64,000 nt of DNA from Malacoraja senta (GCA_038087875.1 CM075997.1:8496001-8560000); one strand, 5' to 3'. Positions 1-13,467 are shown, counted from the first letter of the stretch. The notes: generated by a model not told the origin, from the letters alone. Numbers and translations are program-made.

Positions 1-14
1 CTTAAGTCAAGATT

Positions 15-3000
15 AGATACATAGATACATAGAAAATAGGTGCAGGAGTAGGCCATTCGGCCCTTCGAGCCTGCACCGCCATTCAATATGATCATGGCTG
101 ATCATCCAACTCAGTATCCCGTACCTGCCTTCTCTCCATACCCCCTGATCCCCTTAGCCACAAGGGCCACATCTAACTCCCTCTTAAATATAGCCAATGA
201 ACTGGCCTCAACTACCCTCTGTGGCAGAGAGTTCCAGAGATTCACAACTCTCTGTGTGAAAAAGTTTTTCCTCATCTCGGTCTTAAAGGATTTCCCCCTT
301 ATCCTTAAGCTGTGACCCCTTGTCCTGGACTTCCCCAACATCGGGAACAATCTTCCTGCATCTAGCCTGTCCAACCCCATAAGAATTTTGTATGTTTCTA
401 TAAGATCCCCTCTCAATCTCCTAAATTCTAGCGAGTATAAGCCAAGTCTATCCAGTCTTTCTTCATATGAAAGTCCTGACATCCCAGGAATCAGTCTGGT
501 CAACCTTCTCTGCACTCACTCTATGGCTATAATGTCCTTCCTCAGATTTGGAGACCAAAACTGTACGCAATACTCCAGGTGTGGTCTCACCAGGACCCTG
601 TACAACTGCAGTAGAACCTCCCTGCTCCTACACTCAAATCCTTTTGCTATGAAAGCTAACATATCATTCGCTTTCTTCACTGCCTGCTGCACCTGCATGC
701 CTACTTTCAATGACTGGTGTACCATGACACCCAGGTCTCGCTGCATCTCCCCATTTCCTATTCGGCCACCATTTAGATAATAGTCTGCTTTCCTGTTTTT
801 GACGCCAAAGTGGATAACCTCACATTTATCCACATTATACTGCATCTGCCAAACATTTGCCCACTCACCCAGCCTATCCAAGTCACCTTGCAGTCTCCTA
901 GCATCCTCCTCCCAGCTAACACTGCCCCCCAGCTTAGTGTCATCCGCAAACTTGGAGATGTTGCCTTCAATTCCCTCATCCAGCTCATTAATATAAATTG
1001 TAAATAGCTGGTGTCCCAGCACTGAGCCTTGCGGTACCCCACTAGTCACTGCCTGCCATTGTGAAAAGGACCCGTTTACTCCTACTCTTTGCTTCCTGTT
1101 TGCCAGGCAGTTCTCTATCCACATCAATACTGAACCCCCAATACCGTGTGCTTTAAGTTTGTATACTAATCTCTTATGTGGTACCTTGTCGAAAGCCTTC
1201 TGAAAGTCCAGATACAACACATCCACTCGTTCTCCGCTATCCACTCTACTAGTTACATCCTCGAAAAATTCTATAAGATTCGTCAGACATGATTTACCTT
1301 TCGTAAATCAATGCTGACTTTGTCCAATGATTTCACCACTTTCCAAATGTGCTGCTATCCCATCTTTAATAAGTGACTCTAGCAGTTTCCCCACTACCGA
1401 TGTTAGACTAACTGGTCTGTAATTCCCCGTTTTCTCTCTCCCTCCCTGCTTAAAAAGTGGGGTTACGTTTGCTACCCTCGAATCCTCAGGAACTACTCCA
1501 GAATCTAAAGAGTTTTGAAAAATTATCACTAATGCATCCACTATTTCTGGAGCTACTTCCTTAAGTACTCTGGGATGCAGCCTATCTGGCCCTGGGGATT
1601 TATCGGCCTTTAATCCATTCAATTTACCCAACACCACTTCCCGACTAACCTGGATTTCACTCAGTTCCTCCATCTCCTTTGACCCGCGGCCCCCTGCTAT
1701 TTCCGGCAGATTATTAATGTCTTCCTTAGTGAAGACGGAACCAAAGTAGTTATTCAATTGGTCCGCCATATCCTTGTTCCCCATGATCAATTCACCTGTT
1801 TCTGACTGCAAGGGACCTACATTTGTTTTAACTAATCTCTTTCTCTTCACATATCTATAAACACGTTTGCAGTCAGTTTTTATGTTCCCTGCCAGTTTCC
1901 TTTCATAATCTATTTTCCCTTTCCTAATTAAGCCCTTTGTCCTCCTCTGCAGATCTCTGAATTTCTCCCAGTCCTCTGGTATGCTGCTTTTTCTGGCTAA
2001 TTTGTACGCATCATCTTTTGCTTTGATATCCCTGATGTCCCTTGTTATCCACGGATGCACTACCTTCCCTGATTTATTCTTTTGCCAAACTGGGATGAAC
2101 AATTTTTGTAGTTCATCCATGCAGTCTTTAAATGCCTTCCATTGCGTATCACCGTCAACCCTTTTAGAACTAATTGCCAGTCAATCTTGGCCAATTCACG
2201 TCTCATACCCTCAAAGTTACCTTTCTTTAAGTTCAGAAGCGTTGTTTCTGAATTAACAATGTTACTCTCCATCCTAATGAAGAACTCAACCATATTATGG
2301 TTACTCTTGCCCAAGGGGGCACGCACAAGACTGCTAACTAACCCTTCCTCATTATTCAATACCCAGTCTAGAATAGCCTGCTCTCTCGTTGGTTCCTCTA
2401 CATGTTGGTTTAGATAACTATACCGCATACATTCCAAGAAATCCTCTTCCTCAGCACCCCTGCCAATTTGATTCACCCAATCTATATGTAGATTGAAGTC
2501 ACCCATTATAACTGTTTTGCCTTTGTTGCACGCATTTCTAATTTCCTGTTTGATGCCATCCCCAACTTCACTACTACTGCTAGGTGGCCTGTACACAACA
2601 CCCACCAGCGTTTTCTGCCCCTTAGTGTTTCGCAGCTCTACCCATACCAATTCCACATCCTCCAAGCTAATGTCCTTCCTTTCCACTGCGTTAATCCCCT
2701 CTCTAACCAGCAACGCTACCCCACCTCCTTTTCCTTTCTCTCTATCCCTCCTGAATATTGAATATCCCTGGATGTTCAGCTCCCAGCCTTGGTCACCCTG
2801 GAGCCATGTCTCCGTGATCCCAACTATATCATAATCATTAATTGCTATCTGCACGTTCAACTCATCCACCTTATTACGAATGCTCCTTGCATTGAGACAC
2901 AAAGCCTTCAGGCTTGTTTTTACAACGCTCTTACCCCTTATACAATTATGTTGAAAAGTGGCCCTTTTTGATTTTTGCCCTGGATTTGTCTGCCTGCCAC

Positions 3001-3102
3001 TTTTACTTTTCACCTTGCTACCTATTGCTTCCGCCCGCATTTTACACCCCTCTGTTTCTCTGCTCACCCATTTAAGAACCCCACCACCTCTTATTCTCTG
3101 TT
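15..3102 (-). mobile_element. CR1-clade LINE (family A, HER1-like), 5'-truncated, disrupted ORF2 (APE endonuclease + RT)
   Basis: ORFs 2060-3067 (LCLNARS, VGITETW, MGDFN), 1308-2120, 516-1244 ([12 protein letters not shown]) and 111-515. The 3' UTR hairpin and (CTATGTAT)n tail lie at 15-33. Confidence 0.95.
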
Positions 3103-3273
3103 AAACACCTATCTATACTCCAAAGCCTTTCCTGACGTCCTCTGAGTGAGGGCTACATGTATATATGTATGTGTTTTGTTGTGCTATTCTTATAACAAAT
3201 GTAAAGCACTTTGGCCAACGAGAGTTGTTTTTTAAATGTGCTATATAAATAAATGTGTATTGACTAGACTTGA
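3103..3273 (+). mobile_element. L2-clade LINE 3' end; its upstream part is bases 1-14, split off by the CR1
   Basis: Joining 1-14 (cttaagtcaagatt) to 3103 onward reproduces the L2 3' UTR seen intact at 4988-5173, including tgtaaagcactttgg...aataaa and a (GACTT)n tail. Confidence 0.85.
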
Positions 3274-3419
3274 CCCGACCCACAGCCCGCGGAGGGTAGC
3301 CGTGGGAGTGTCGGGGCTGTCCCGAGGAATGCACACCTTCGGCCGCTTTCAACGGTGCTTGGGTTCAGATTGCCCAGTCACCTATGGCTTGTGTGGGAAA
3401 ATGAACCCCACGCTCCCGT

Positions 3420-3565
3420 CTCCCCCTTCTCTCTCCGCTCTTCTCTCTCTCCCCTCTTCTCTCTCTCCTCCTCTCTCTCCATTCTTTTCTCTCTCCCCCT
3501 CTCTCTCTCTCTCCCTTCCATCTCCCTCCTCTCTCTCCCCCTTCGCTCTCTCTCCCCCTTTTCTC
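3420..3565. repeat. CT-rich low-complexity polypyrimidine tract
   Basis: Almost exclusively C/T. Confidence 0.9.
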
Positions 3566-4447
3566 TTGGAGTGCTATGAGGTTGGACTTGCTGCCTGCAC
3601 CCTGCTTGGAGTGCTGTGAGGTTGGACTTGCTGCCTGCATTCTGCTTGGAGTGCTATGAGTTTCGACGTGCTGCCCCACACTGCTTGGAGTGCTGTGAGG
3701 TTAGGCATGCTGCCTGCACCCTGCTTGGAGTGCTGTGAGATAGGACTTGCTGCCTGTACTCTGCTTGTAGTGCTGGTAGATTGAACTTGCCGCCTGCACT
3801 CTGCTTGGAGTGCTGTGAGGTTGGACTTGCGGACTGTTGCCTGCTTGGTGAGCTGTGAGGTTGGCCATGCTGCCTGCACGCTCCTAGGAGTGCTGTGAGG
3901 TTGGACTTCCTGCCTGCACCCTGCTTGGGTTGCTGTTAGTTTGGACTTGCTGCCTGCACCTTGCTTGGTGTGCTGTGCTTTTGGACCCGCTGCCTGCACT
4001 CAGCTTCGAGTGCTGTGAGGTTAGACTTGCTGCCTGCACCCTGCTTGGAGTACTGTGAGGTTGGATTTGCTGCCTACACACGGCTAGATGTGCTGTGAGG
4101 TTGGACTTGCTGCCTGCACCCTTCTTGGAATGCTGTGAGGTTGGACTTACGGACTGCACCCTGCTTGGAGTGCTGTGAGGTTGGACTTGCTGCCGGGACC
4201 CTGCTTGGATACCTATGAGGTTGGACATGCTGCCTGCACCCTGCCTGGAGTGCTGTGAGGTTGGACATGCTGCCTGCACCCTACTTGGAGTGATGTGATG
4301 TTGGACTTGCTGCCTGCACCCTGCTTGGAGTGCTGTGAGTGTGGACTTGCTGCCTGCACATTGCTTGGAGTCCTGTGAGGTTCGACTTGATGCCTGCACA
4401 TTACTTGGAGTGCTGTGAGATTAGACTAGCTGCCTGCACCATGCTTG
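3566..4447. repeat. 40-bp tandem satellite, block 1 (about 22 units; consensus TTGGAGTGCTGTGAGGTTGGACTTGCTGCCTGCACCCTGC)
   Basis: 40-bp periodicity is directly visible. Confidence 0.97.
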
Positions 4448-5173
4448 ACTCAGCACTGAAATTTGACAAACAAGTCAATGCCGTGGTAAAAGCGAACTTC
4501 TTTCAGCTTCGGACGATAGCTAAAATAAAACAATTCCTACACTTTGATGACCTCGAAAAGATCATCCACACATTTATCTCCTCCCGCCCAGATTGCTGCA
4601 ACTCCCTTTACACTGGCATCAGCCAATCGTCCCTGTCCCGCCTGCAACTGGTCCAAAACGCCGCAGTGAGACTCCTGACGGGCACCCGAAAAAGGGACCA
4701 CATCACCCCGATCCTGGCCTCTCTCCACTGGCTCCCTGTGCGGTTCCGTATACATTTCAAGATCCTCCTCTATGTCTACAAAGCCCTCAATGGGCTTGCC
4801 CCAACCTACATTAAGTCTTCTCACCCAACACTCTACCTCCAGGTCCCCCAGATCCGCCGACTTGGGGTTGCTGAATATCCTGCGGTCTTGGCATAAGCTC
4901 AGCGGCGACCGTGCCTTTGCGGTTGCAGCTCCTAGACTGTGGAACTGCATCCCCTTCACATCAGAACTGCCCCCTCCATCGACTCCTTTAAGTCAAGACT
5001 AAAAACGTATCTATACTCCCAAGCCTTTCTTGCCGTCTTCTGAGCGAGGGCTATATGTATATATGTATATAGTTTGTTTATATTATTCTTATAACAAATG
5101 TAAAGCACTTTGGCCATCGAGAGTTTTTTAAATGTGCTATATAAATAAATGTGACGTGACTTGACTTGACTTG
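4446..5173 (+). mobile_element. L2-clade LINE 3' fragment inserted into the satellite
   Basis: ORF 4339-4896 encodes LQLVQNAA.RLLTG...HITPILASLHWLPV.FRI.FK, the L2 ORF2 C-terminus. It ends in a (GACTT)n tail and the satellite resumes at 5174. Confidence 0.92.
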
Positions 5174-5295
5174 AAGTGTTGTGAGGTTGGACCTGCTGCC
5201 TGCATGCTGCTTGGAGTGCTGTGATGTTGGACTTGCTGCCTGCACCCTGCTTGGTGCTGTGAGTTTGGACGTGCTGCCTGCACTCTGCTTGGTTT
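5174..5295. repeat. 40-bp satellite, block 2 (about 3 units)
   Basis: Same monomer as block 1. Confidence 0.9.
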
Positions 5296-5296
5296 T

Positions 5297-7565
5297 CATA
5301 GAAACATAGAAACATAGAAATATAGAAAATAGGTGCAGGAGGAGGCCATTCGGCCCTTCGAGCCAGCACCGCCATTCATTTTGATCATGGCTGATCGCCT
5401 CCTATCAATAACCCTTGCATGCCTTCTCCCCATATCCCTTGACTCCACTAGCCCCTAGAGCTCTATCTAACTCTCTCTTAAATCCATCCTGTGACTTGGA
5501 CTCCACTGCCCTCTGTGGCAGGGAATTCCATAAATTCACTACTCTCTGGATGAAAAAGTTTTTTCTCACCTGTCTCACCCTTTAATCTAAGACTGTGGCA
5601 TCTGGTACTGGACTCGCCCAACATTGGGAAAAAATTTCCTGCATCTAGCTTGTCCAGTTCTTTTATAATTCTATATGTTTCTATAAGATTCCCCCTCAGT
5701 CTTCTAAACAAGCCCAGTCTTTTCAATCTTTCCTCATATGACAGTCCCGCCATCCCAGGGATCAATCTCGTGAAACTACGCTGCAGTGCCTCAATCACAA
5801 GGATGTCCTTCCTCAAATTAGGAGACCAAAACTGTACACAATACTCCTTGTGGTCTCACCAGAGTCCTATACAACTGCAGAAGTTCCACTTTACTCCTAT
5901 ACTGAAATCCTCATGTTATGAAGGCCAACATTCCATTAGCTTTTTTCACTGCCTGCTGTACCTGCACGCCAACTTTCAGTGACCGGTGTACAAGGACACC
6001 TAGGTCTCGCTGTACCTCTCCCTTACCTAACCTAACCCCATTGAGATAATAATCTGCCCCCTTGTTTTGCCGCCAAAGTGGATAACATCACATTTATCTA
6101 TACCATACTGCATCTGCCACACATCTGCCCTCTCACTCAACCTGTCCAGGTCACCCTGCAACCTCCTAACATCCTCTTCACAGCTCACACTGCCACCCAG
6201 CTTTGTGTCATCCGCAAACCTGCTAGTGTTGCTCCTAATTCCATCTTCCAAATCATTAATATATATGGTAAACATTTGCCGCCCCAACACCTAGCCTTGC
6301 GGCACTCGACTCACCACTGCCTGCAATTCTGAAACGGACCCGTTCACTCCTACTCTTAGCTTCCGGTCTGCCAACCAATTTGCTATCCATGTCAACACCC
6401 TACCCCCAATACCATGTGCTCTAATTTTAGTCACCAGTCTCCCAGGCGGGACCTTATCAAAGGCTTTCTGAAAGTCTAGATACACTACATCCACTGGCAC
6501 CCCTTCATCCATTTTACTTGTTACATCCTCAAAAAATGCCAGATTAGTCAAGCATGATTTCCCTTTCATGAATCCATGTTGACTTGGACTAATCCTTTTA
6601 CTGCTATCCAAATGCCCCATTATTACCTCTTTAATAATTGACTCCAGCATCTTTCCCACCACCGAAGTCAGGCTAACTGGTCTGTAATTCCGTTTTCTCT
6701 CTCGCTCCTTTCTTGAAAAGTGGGATAACAGTAGCCATTCTCCAATCCACAGGAACTGATCCTGAATCTATTGAACATTGGAAAATGATCACCAATGCGT
6801 CCACTATTTCTAGAGCCACGTCCCTGAGGACCATGGGATGCAGACCATCAGGCCCAGGGGATTTATCATGCTTCAGTCCCATTCGCCAACCGAATACTAT
6901 TTCTCACCTAATGAAAATGTATTTCAGTTCCTCTACCCCCTTAGATCCTCTGTCCTCCAGTACACCTGGGAGATTGTTTGTTTTCCTTAGTGAAGACAGA
7001 TCCGAAGTACCTATTCAACTCTTCTGCCATTTCCTAATAATTTCACCCGTGCCTGCCTTCAAGGGACCCACATTTGACTTTGCTACACTTTTTCCCGTAA
7101 CATATCTAAAGAAGCTTTTACTGTCCTTCTTAATATTCCTGGCCAGCTTCCCCTCATACTTCATCTTTTCAGCCCGTATTGCCCGTTTTGTCTCCTTCTG
7201 TTGTCCCATGAAAGTTTCCCAATCCTCTGGCTTCCGGCTACTCTTTGCTGTGTTATACATCTTTTCCTTTAGTTTTATTCTATCCCTAACTTCTCTTGTC
7301 AGCCACGGTTGCCTCCTACTCCCCTTGAATCGTTCTTCCTTTTTGGAATGAAATGATCCTGCGTTTTCCGGATTAAGCTCAGAAATTCCTGCCATTGCTG
7401 TTCCACCATCATAGTCCCCTTTGTTCAACTGCATCACTGCCTCTTCCGATTTAACGTTCTCTTTCTCAAATTGCAGATTAAAACTAATCATATTATGATC
7501 ACTACCTCCAAGCGGTTCCTTTACCTCGAGTTCTCTTAGCATATCTGATTTATTGGACAACACTA
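5297..7565 (-). mobile_element. CR1 LINE, related older subfamily, 5'-truncated, many frameshifts
   Basis: RT fragments (6291-6662 QHGFMKGKSC...VPQG; 6027-6290 FADD), APE C-terminus (GGSDHN) and a (CTATGTTT)n tail at 5297-5328. Confidence 0.93.
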
Positions 7566-9664
7566 ATGTGTGGTTGTACCTGCTGCCTGCACACTGCTTG
7601 GAGTGCTGTGAGGTTGGACTTGATGCCTGCAATATGCTTGGAGCGCTGTGAGATTGGACTTGCTGCCTGCACACTGCTTGGTGTACGTGAGGTTGGACCT
7701 GCTGCCTGCACCTTGCTTGGAGTGCTGTGAGGTTGGACTTGCTGCCTGCATTCTGCTTGGAGTGCTGTGAGGTTCGACTTGATGCCTGCGCTTTGCTTGG
7801 AGTACTGTGACATTAGACTAGCTGCCTGCGCCCTGCTTGGAGTGCTGTGAGTTTGGACTTGCTGCCTGCACACTGCTTGGAGTGCTGCGAAGTTGGACTT
7901 GCTGCCTGCACCCTGCTTGGAATGCTGTGAGGTTGGACTTGCTGCCTGCACCCTGCTTGGAGTGCTGTGAGGTTGGACTTGCAGCCAGCATACATCTTCG
8001 ATTGCCTGCACATTCCTTGGACTGCTGTGACGATGGACGTGCTGTTTGCACGCTGATTGGATTGCTGTGAGGTTGGACTTGCTGCCTGCAATCTGCTTGG
8101 AGTGCTGTGAGCCTGAGCTTGCTGCCTGCACTCTGCTTGTAGTGCTGTGACGTTGGACTTGCTGCCTGCATTCTGCTTGGAGTGCTGTGAGGGTGGACTT
8201 GTTGCCTGCACTTGTAGTACTTGGAGTGCTGTGAGGTTGGACTTGCTCCCTGCACCCTGCTTGGAGAGCTGTGAGGTTGGACATGCAGCCTGCACCCTAC
8301 TTGGTGTGCTGTGAGGTTGGACTTGCTACCTGCACCCTGCTTGGAGGGCTGTGAGGTTCGACTTGCTGCCTGCATTCTGCTTGGAGTGCTGTGAGGTTCG
8401 ATTTGCTGCCTGCACATTGCTTGAAGTGCTGTGAGGTTGGACTTGCTGCCTGCACCCTGCTTGGAGTGCTGTGAGGTTGGACATGCTGCCTGCACCCTGC
8501 TTGGAGTGCTATGAGTTTGGACTTGCTGCCTGCACCCTGCTTGGATTGCTGTGAGATTAGACTTGCTGCCTGCACTCTGCCAGGTTTTCTGTATGGTTGG
8601 ACCTGCTGCCTGCACCATGTTTGGAGTGCCGTGAGGTTGAACTTGTGGCCTGCACAATGTTTGGAGTGCTGTGAGATTAGACCAGCTGCCTGCACTCTAC
8701 TTGGAGTGCTGTGAGTTTGGACTTGCTGCCTGCACCCTGCTTGGAATGCTGTGAGGTTGGACTTGCTGCCTGCAATACGCTTGGAGTGCTGTGAGATTGG
8801 ACTTGCTGCCTGCACACTGCTTGGAGTGCTGTGAGGTTGGACATTCTGCCTGCACTCTGCTTGGTGTACTGTGAGGATGGACTTGCTGTTTGCACTCTGC
8901 TTGATTTGCTGTGAGGTTGGGCCTGCTGCCTGCACCCTGTTTAGGGTCCCGTGAGGTTGGACTTGCGGACTGCGCCCTGCTTGGAGTGCTGTGAGTTTGG
9001 ACTTGCTGCCTGCACTCTGCTGGTAATGCTGAGAGTTTATACGTGCTTCCTGCATTCTGCTTGGAGTGCTGTGAGGTTCGACTTGATGCCTGCACTTTGC
9101 TTGGAGTGCTGTGAGTTTGGACTGGCTGCCTGCACACTGCTTGGAGTGCTGCGAAGTTGGACTTGCTGCCTGCACCCTGCTTGGAGTGCTGTGAGGTTGG
9201 ACTTGCTGCCTGCACTCTGCTTGGAGTACTGTGAGGATGGACTTGCTGCCTGCACTCTGCTTGGAGTACTGTGAGGTTGGACTTGCTGCCTGCACTCTGC
9301 TTGGAGTGCTGCGAAGTTGGACTTGCTGCCTGCACCCTGCTTGGAGTACTGTGAGGTTGGACTTGCTGCCTGCACTCTGCTTGGTTTGCTGTGAGGTTGG
9401 ACCTGCTGCCTGCTCCCTGCTTCGAGTGCCGTAAATTTGGACTTGCTGCCTGCACCCTGCTTGGAGTGCTGTGAGATTTCACTAGCTGCCTACACCCTTC
9501 TTGGAGTACTGTGACGTTGGACTTGCTGCCTACACTCTGCTTGGTGTGCTGTGAGGTTGGACCTGCTGCCTGCACCGTGCTTGGAGTGCCGTGAGGTTGA
9601 ACTTGTGGCCTGCACAATGTTTGGAGTGATGTGAGATTAGACCAGCTGCCTGCACTCTACTTGG
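7566..9664. repeat. 40-bp satellite, block 3 (about 52 units)
   Basis: Same monomer, with variant units re-occurring (see findings). Confidence 0.97.
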
Positions 9665-12600
9665 CAGTAGTAATAGGGGACTCTATAGTTAGGGGGTCAG
9701 TCAGGCGATTCTGTGGACGCAGTCGGGAGACCCGGATGGTAGTTTGCCTCCCTGGTGCCAGGGTCTGTGATGTGTCTCAACGTATCCAAGATATCCTGAA
9801 AGGGGAGGGAGAGGAGCCCGAGGTCGTGGTACATATAGGTACCAATGACATAGGTAAAAAAAGAGAAGAGGTCCTGAAAGGAGAATTTAGGGAGTTAGGA
9901 GGGGAGTTAAGGAGAAGGACAGCAAAGGTAACAATCTCGGGATTACTGCCTGTGCCACGCGACAGTGAGAGTAGGAATGGAGCGAGGTGGAGGATAAATG
10001 CGTGGCTGAAGAACTGGTGCAGAGGGCAGGGATTCAAATTTCTGGATCATTGGGACCTCTTTTGTGGAAGGTGCGACCTGTACAAAAAGGATGGGTTGCA
10101 CTTGAACCTGAGGGGGACCAATATCCTGGCGGGGAGAATTGCAGACGCTACTGGTGAGACTGTAAACTAGAACGGCTGGGGGGAGGGACTCAAATAGAGG
10201 AAGCTATTAGACAGTGTGTGAGGCAGGAGGCAGAGAAGAAAAGCACTCAGACCCAACATGTAGGGGGGAAAGAAGAAAACAATAATAAACAGAGAATAAG
10301 AGGTGGTGGGGTTCTTAAATGGGTGAGCAGAGAAACAGAGGGGTGTAAAATGCGGCCGGAAGCAATAGGTAGCAAGGTGAAAAGTAAAAGTGGCAGGCAG
10401 ACAAATCCAGGGCAAAAATCAAAAAGCGCCACTTTTCAACATAATTGTAAAAGGAGTAAGAGCGTTGTAAAAACAAGCCTGAAGGCGTTGTGTCTCAATG
10501 CAAGGAGCATTCGTAATAAGGTGGATGAGTTGAACATGCAGATAGCTATGAATGATTATGATATAGTTGGGATCACGGAGACATGGCTCCAGGGTGACCA
10601 AGGCTGGGAGCTGAACATCCAGGGATATTCAATATTCAGGAGGGATAGAGAGAAAGGAAAAGGAGGTGGGGTAGCGTTGCTGGTTAGAGAGGAGATTAAC
10701 GCAGTGGAAAGGAAGGACATTAGCTTGCAGGATGTGGAATCGGTATGGGTAGAGCTGCGAAACACTTAGGGGCAGAAAACGCTGGTGGGTGTTGTGTACA
10801 GGCCACCTAACACTAGTACTGAAGTTGGGGATGGCATCAAACAGGAAATTAGAAATGCGTGCAACAAACGCTACATATAGATTGGGTGATTCAAATTGGC
10901 AGGGGTGCTGAGGAAGAGGATTTCTTTGAATGTATGCGGGATAGTTATCTAAACCAACATGTAGAGGAACCAACGAGAGAGCAGGCTATTCTAGACTGGG
11001 CATTGAGTAATGAGGAAGGGTTAGTTAGCAGTCTTGTTGTGCGTGCCCCCTTGGGCAACAGTGACCGTAATATGGTTGAGTTCTTCATTAGGATGGAGAG
11101 TGACATTGTTAATTCAGAAACAATGGTTCTGAACTTAAAGAAAGGTAACTTTGAGGGTATGAGACGTCAATTGGCCAAGATTGACTGGCAATTAGTTCTA
11201 AAAGGGTTGACGGTGGATATGCAATGGAAGGCATTTAAAGTGTATGGATGAACTACAAAAATTGTTCATCCCAGATTGGCAAAAGAATAAATCAGGGAAG
11301 GTAGTGCATCCATGGATAACAAGGGAAATCAGGGATAGTATCAAAGCAAAAGATGATGCGTACAAATTAGCCAGAAAAAGCAGCATACCAGAGGACTGGG
11401 AGAAATTCAGAGACCAGCAGAGGAGGACAAAGGGCTTAATTAGGAAAGGGAAATAGATTATGAAAGAAAACTGGCAGGGAAGATAAAAAACTGACTACAA
11501 ACGTTTTTATAGATATGTGAAGAGAAAGAGATTAGTTAAAACAAATGTTGGTCCCTTGCAGTCAGAAACAGGTGAATTGATCATGGGGAACAAGGATATG
11601 GCGGACCAATTGAATAACTACTTTGGTTCCGTCTTCACTAAGGAAGACATAAATAATCTGCCGGAAATAGCAGGGGACCGCGGGTCAAAGGAGATGGAGG
11701 AACTGAGTGAAATCCAGGTTAGTCAGGAAGTGGTGTTGGGTAAATTGAATGGATTAAAGGCCGATAAATCACCAGGGCCAGATAGGCTGCATCCCAGAGT
11801 ACTTAAGGAAGTAGCTCCAGAAATAGTGGATGCATTAGTGATAATTTTTCTAATCTCTAGATTCTGGAATAGTTCCTGAGGATTGGAGGGTAGCAAACGT
11901 AACCCCACTTTTTAAGAAGGGAGGGAGAGAGAAAACAGGGAATTACAGACCAGTTAGTCTAACATCGGTAGTGGGGAAACTGCTAGAGTCACTTATTAAA
12001 GATGGGATAGCAGCACATTTGGAAAGTGGTGAAATCATTGGACAAAGTCAGCATGGATTTACGAAAGGTAAATCATGTCTGACGAATCTTTTAGAATTTT
12101 TCGAGGATGTAACTAGTAGAGTGGATAGGGGAGAACCAGTGGATGTGTTGTATCTGGACTTTCAGAAGGCTTTCGACAAGGTACCACATAAGAGATTAGT
12201 ATACAAACTTAAAGCACACGGTATTGGGGGTTCAGTATTGATGTGGATAGAGAACTGGCTGGCAAACAGGAAGCAAAGAGTAGGAGTAAACGGGTCCTTT
12301 TCACAATGGCAGGCAGTGACTAGTGGGGTACCGCAAGGCTCAGTGCTGGGACCCCTGCTATTTACAATTTATATTAATGAGCTGGATGAGTGAATTGAAG
12401 GCAACATCTCCAAGTTTGCGGATGACACTAAGCTGGGGGGCAGTGTTAGCTGTGAGGAGGATGCTAGGAGACTGGAAGGTGACTTGGATAGGCTGGGTGA
12501 GTGGGCAAATGTTTGGCAGATGCAGTATAATGTGGATAAATGTGAGGTTATCCACTTTGGTGGCAAAAACAGGAAAGCAGACTATTATCTAAATGGTGGC

Positions 12601-13337
12601 CGATTAGGAAAAGGGGAAATGCAGCGAGACCTGGGTGTCATGGTACACCAGTCATTGAAAGTAGGCATACAGGTGCAGCAGGCAGTGAAGAAAGCAAATG
12701 GTATGTTAGCTTTCATAGCAAAAGGATTTGAGTATAGAAGCAGGGAGGTTCTACTGCAGTTGTACAGGGTCTTGGTGAGACCACACCTGGAGTATTGCAT
12801 ACTGTTTTGGTCTCCAAATCTGAGGAAGGACATTATAGCCATAGAGGGAGTGCAGAGAAGGTTCACCAGACTGATTCCTGGGATGTCAGGACTTTCATAT
12901 GAAGAAAGACTGGATAGACTCGGCTTATACTCGCTAGAATTTAGGAGATTGAGAGGGGATCTTATAGAAACTTACAAAATTCTTATGGGGTTGGACAGGC
13001 TAGATGCAGGAAGATTGTTCCCGATGTTTGGGAAGTCCAGAACAAGGGGTCACAGCTTAAGGATAAGGGGGAAATCTTTTAAGACTGAGATGAGAAAAAA
13101 CTTTTTCACACAGAGAGTGGTGAATCTCTGGAACTCTCTGCCACAGAGGGTAGTTGAGGCTAGTTCATTGGCTATATTTAAGTGGGAGTTAGATGTGCCC
13201 CTTGTGGCTAAAGGGATCAGGAGGTATGGAGAGAAGGCAGGTACGGGATACTGAGTTGGATGATCAGCCATGATCATATTGAATGGCGGGCAGGCTCGAA
13301 TGGCCTACTCCTGCACCTATTTTCTATGTATCTATGT
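9665..13337 (+). mobile_element. CR1 LINE family A, truncated in ORF1 (SGNH esterase domain), ORF2 with stops and frameshifts
   Basis: ORF 9631-10170 (VIGDSIVRG...HIGTND...DGLHLN), APE 10218-11251, RT 11971-13254, and a (CTATGTAT)n tail. A second short CR1 3' tail follows at about 13338-13414. Confidence 0.96.
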
Positions 13338-13467
13338 ATCATATTGAATGGCGGTGCTGGCTCGAAGGGCCGAATGGCCTACTCTTGCACCTATTGTCTA
13401 TGTTTCCATGTTTCGTCCCCTCTCTCTACCCCAGCCCCCGTGACCTCTCACCTCTCTCTGACCCCAG

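Noticed and set aside
88..315. Recurrent 75-aa [18 protein letters not shown]... (also at 13050, 13679 and 37220) as a small gene family
   Set aside because: It is the antisense reading of the CR1 3' end and recurs only because the element does.
3274..3415. Unique GC-rich stretch after cccacag, containing RLPSH, as the upstream caspase-2 exon
   Set aside because: No SDMICGYAC-like motif in any frame and no suitable donor; similarity is too weak.
3566..9664. Long overlapping minus-strand ORFs (QAASPTSQHSKQGAGSKSNLTAL...) as a repetitive protein gene
   Set aside because: The 40-bp monomer has no stop on the minus strand, and 40 is not a multiple of 3, so all three frames give the same 40-aa cycle. 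The array is also broken by LINEs and indels.
7566..9664. CRISPR-like array
   Set aside because: Head-to-tail monomers with no unique spacers, no cas genes, and a vertebrate context.
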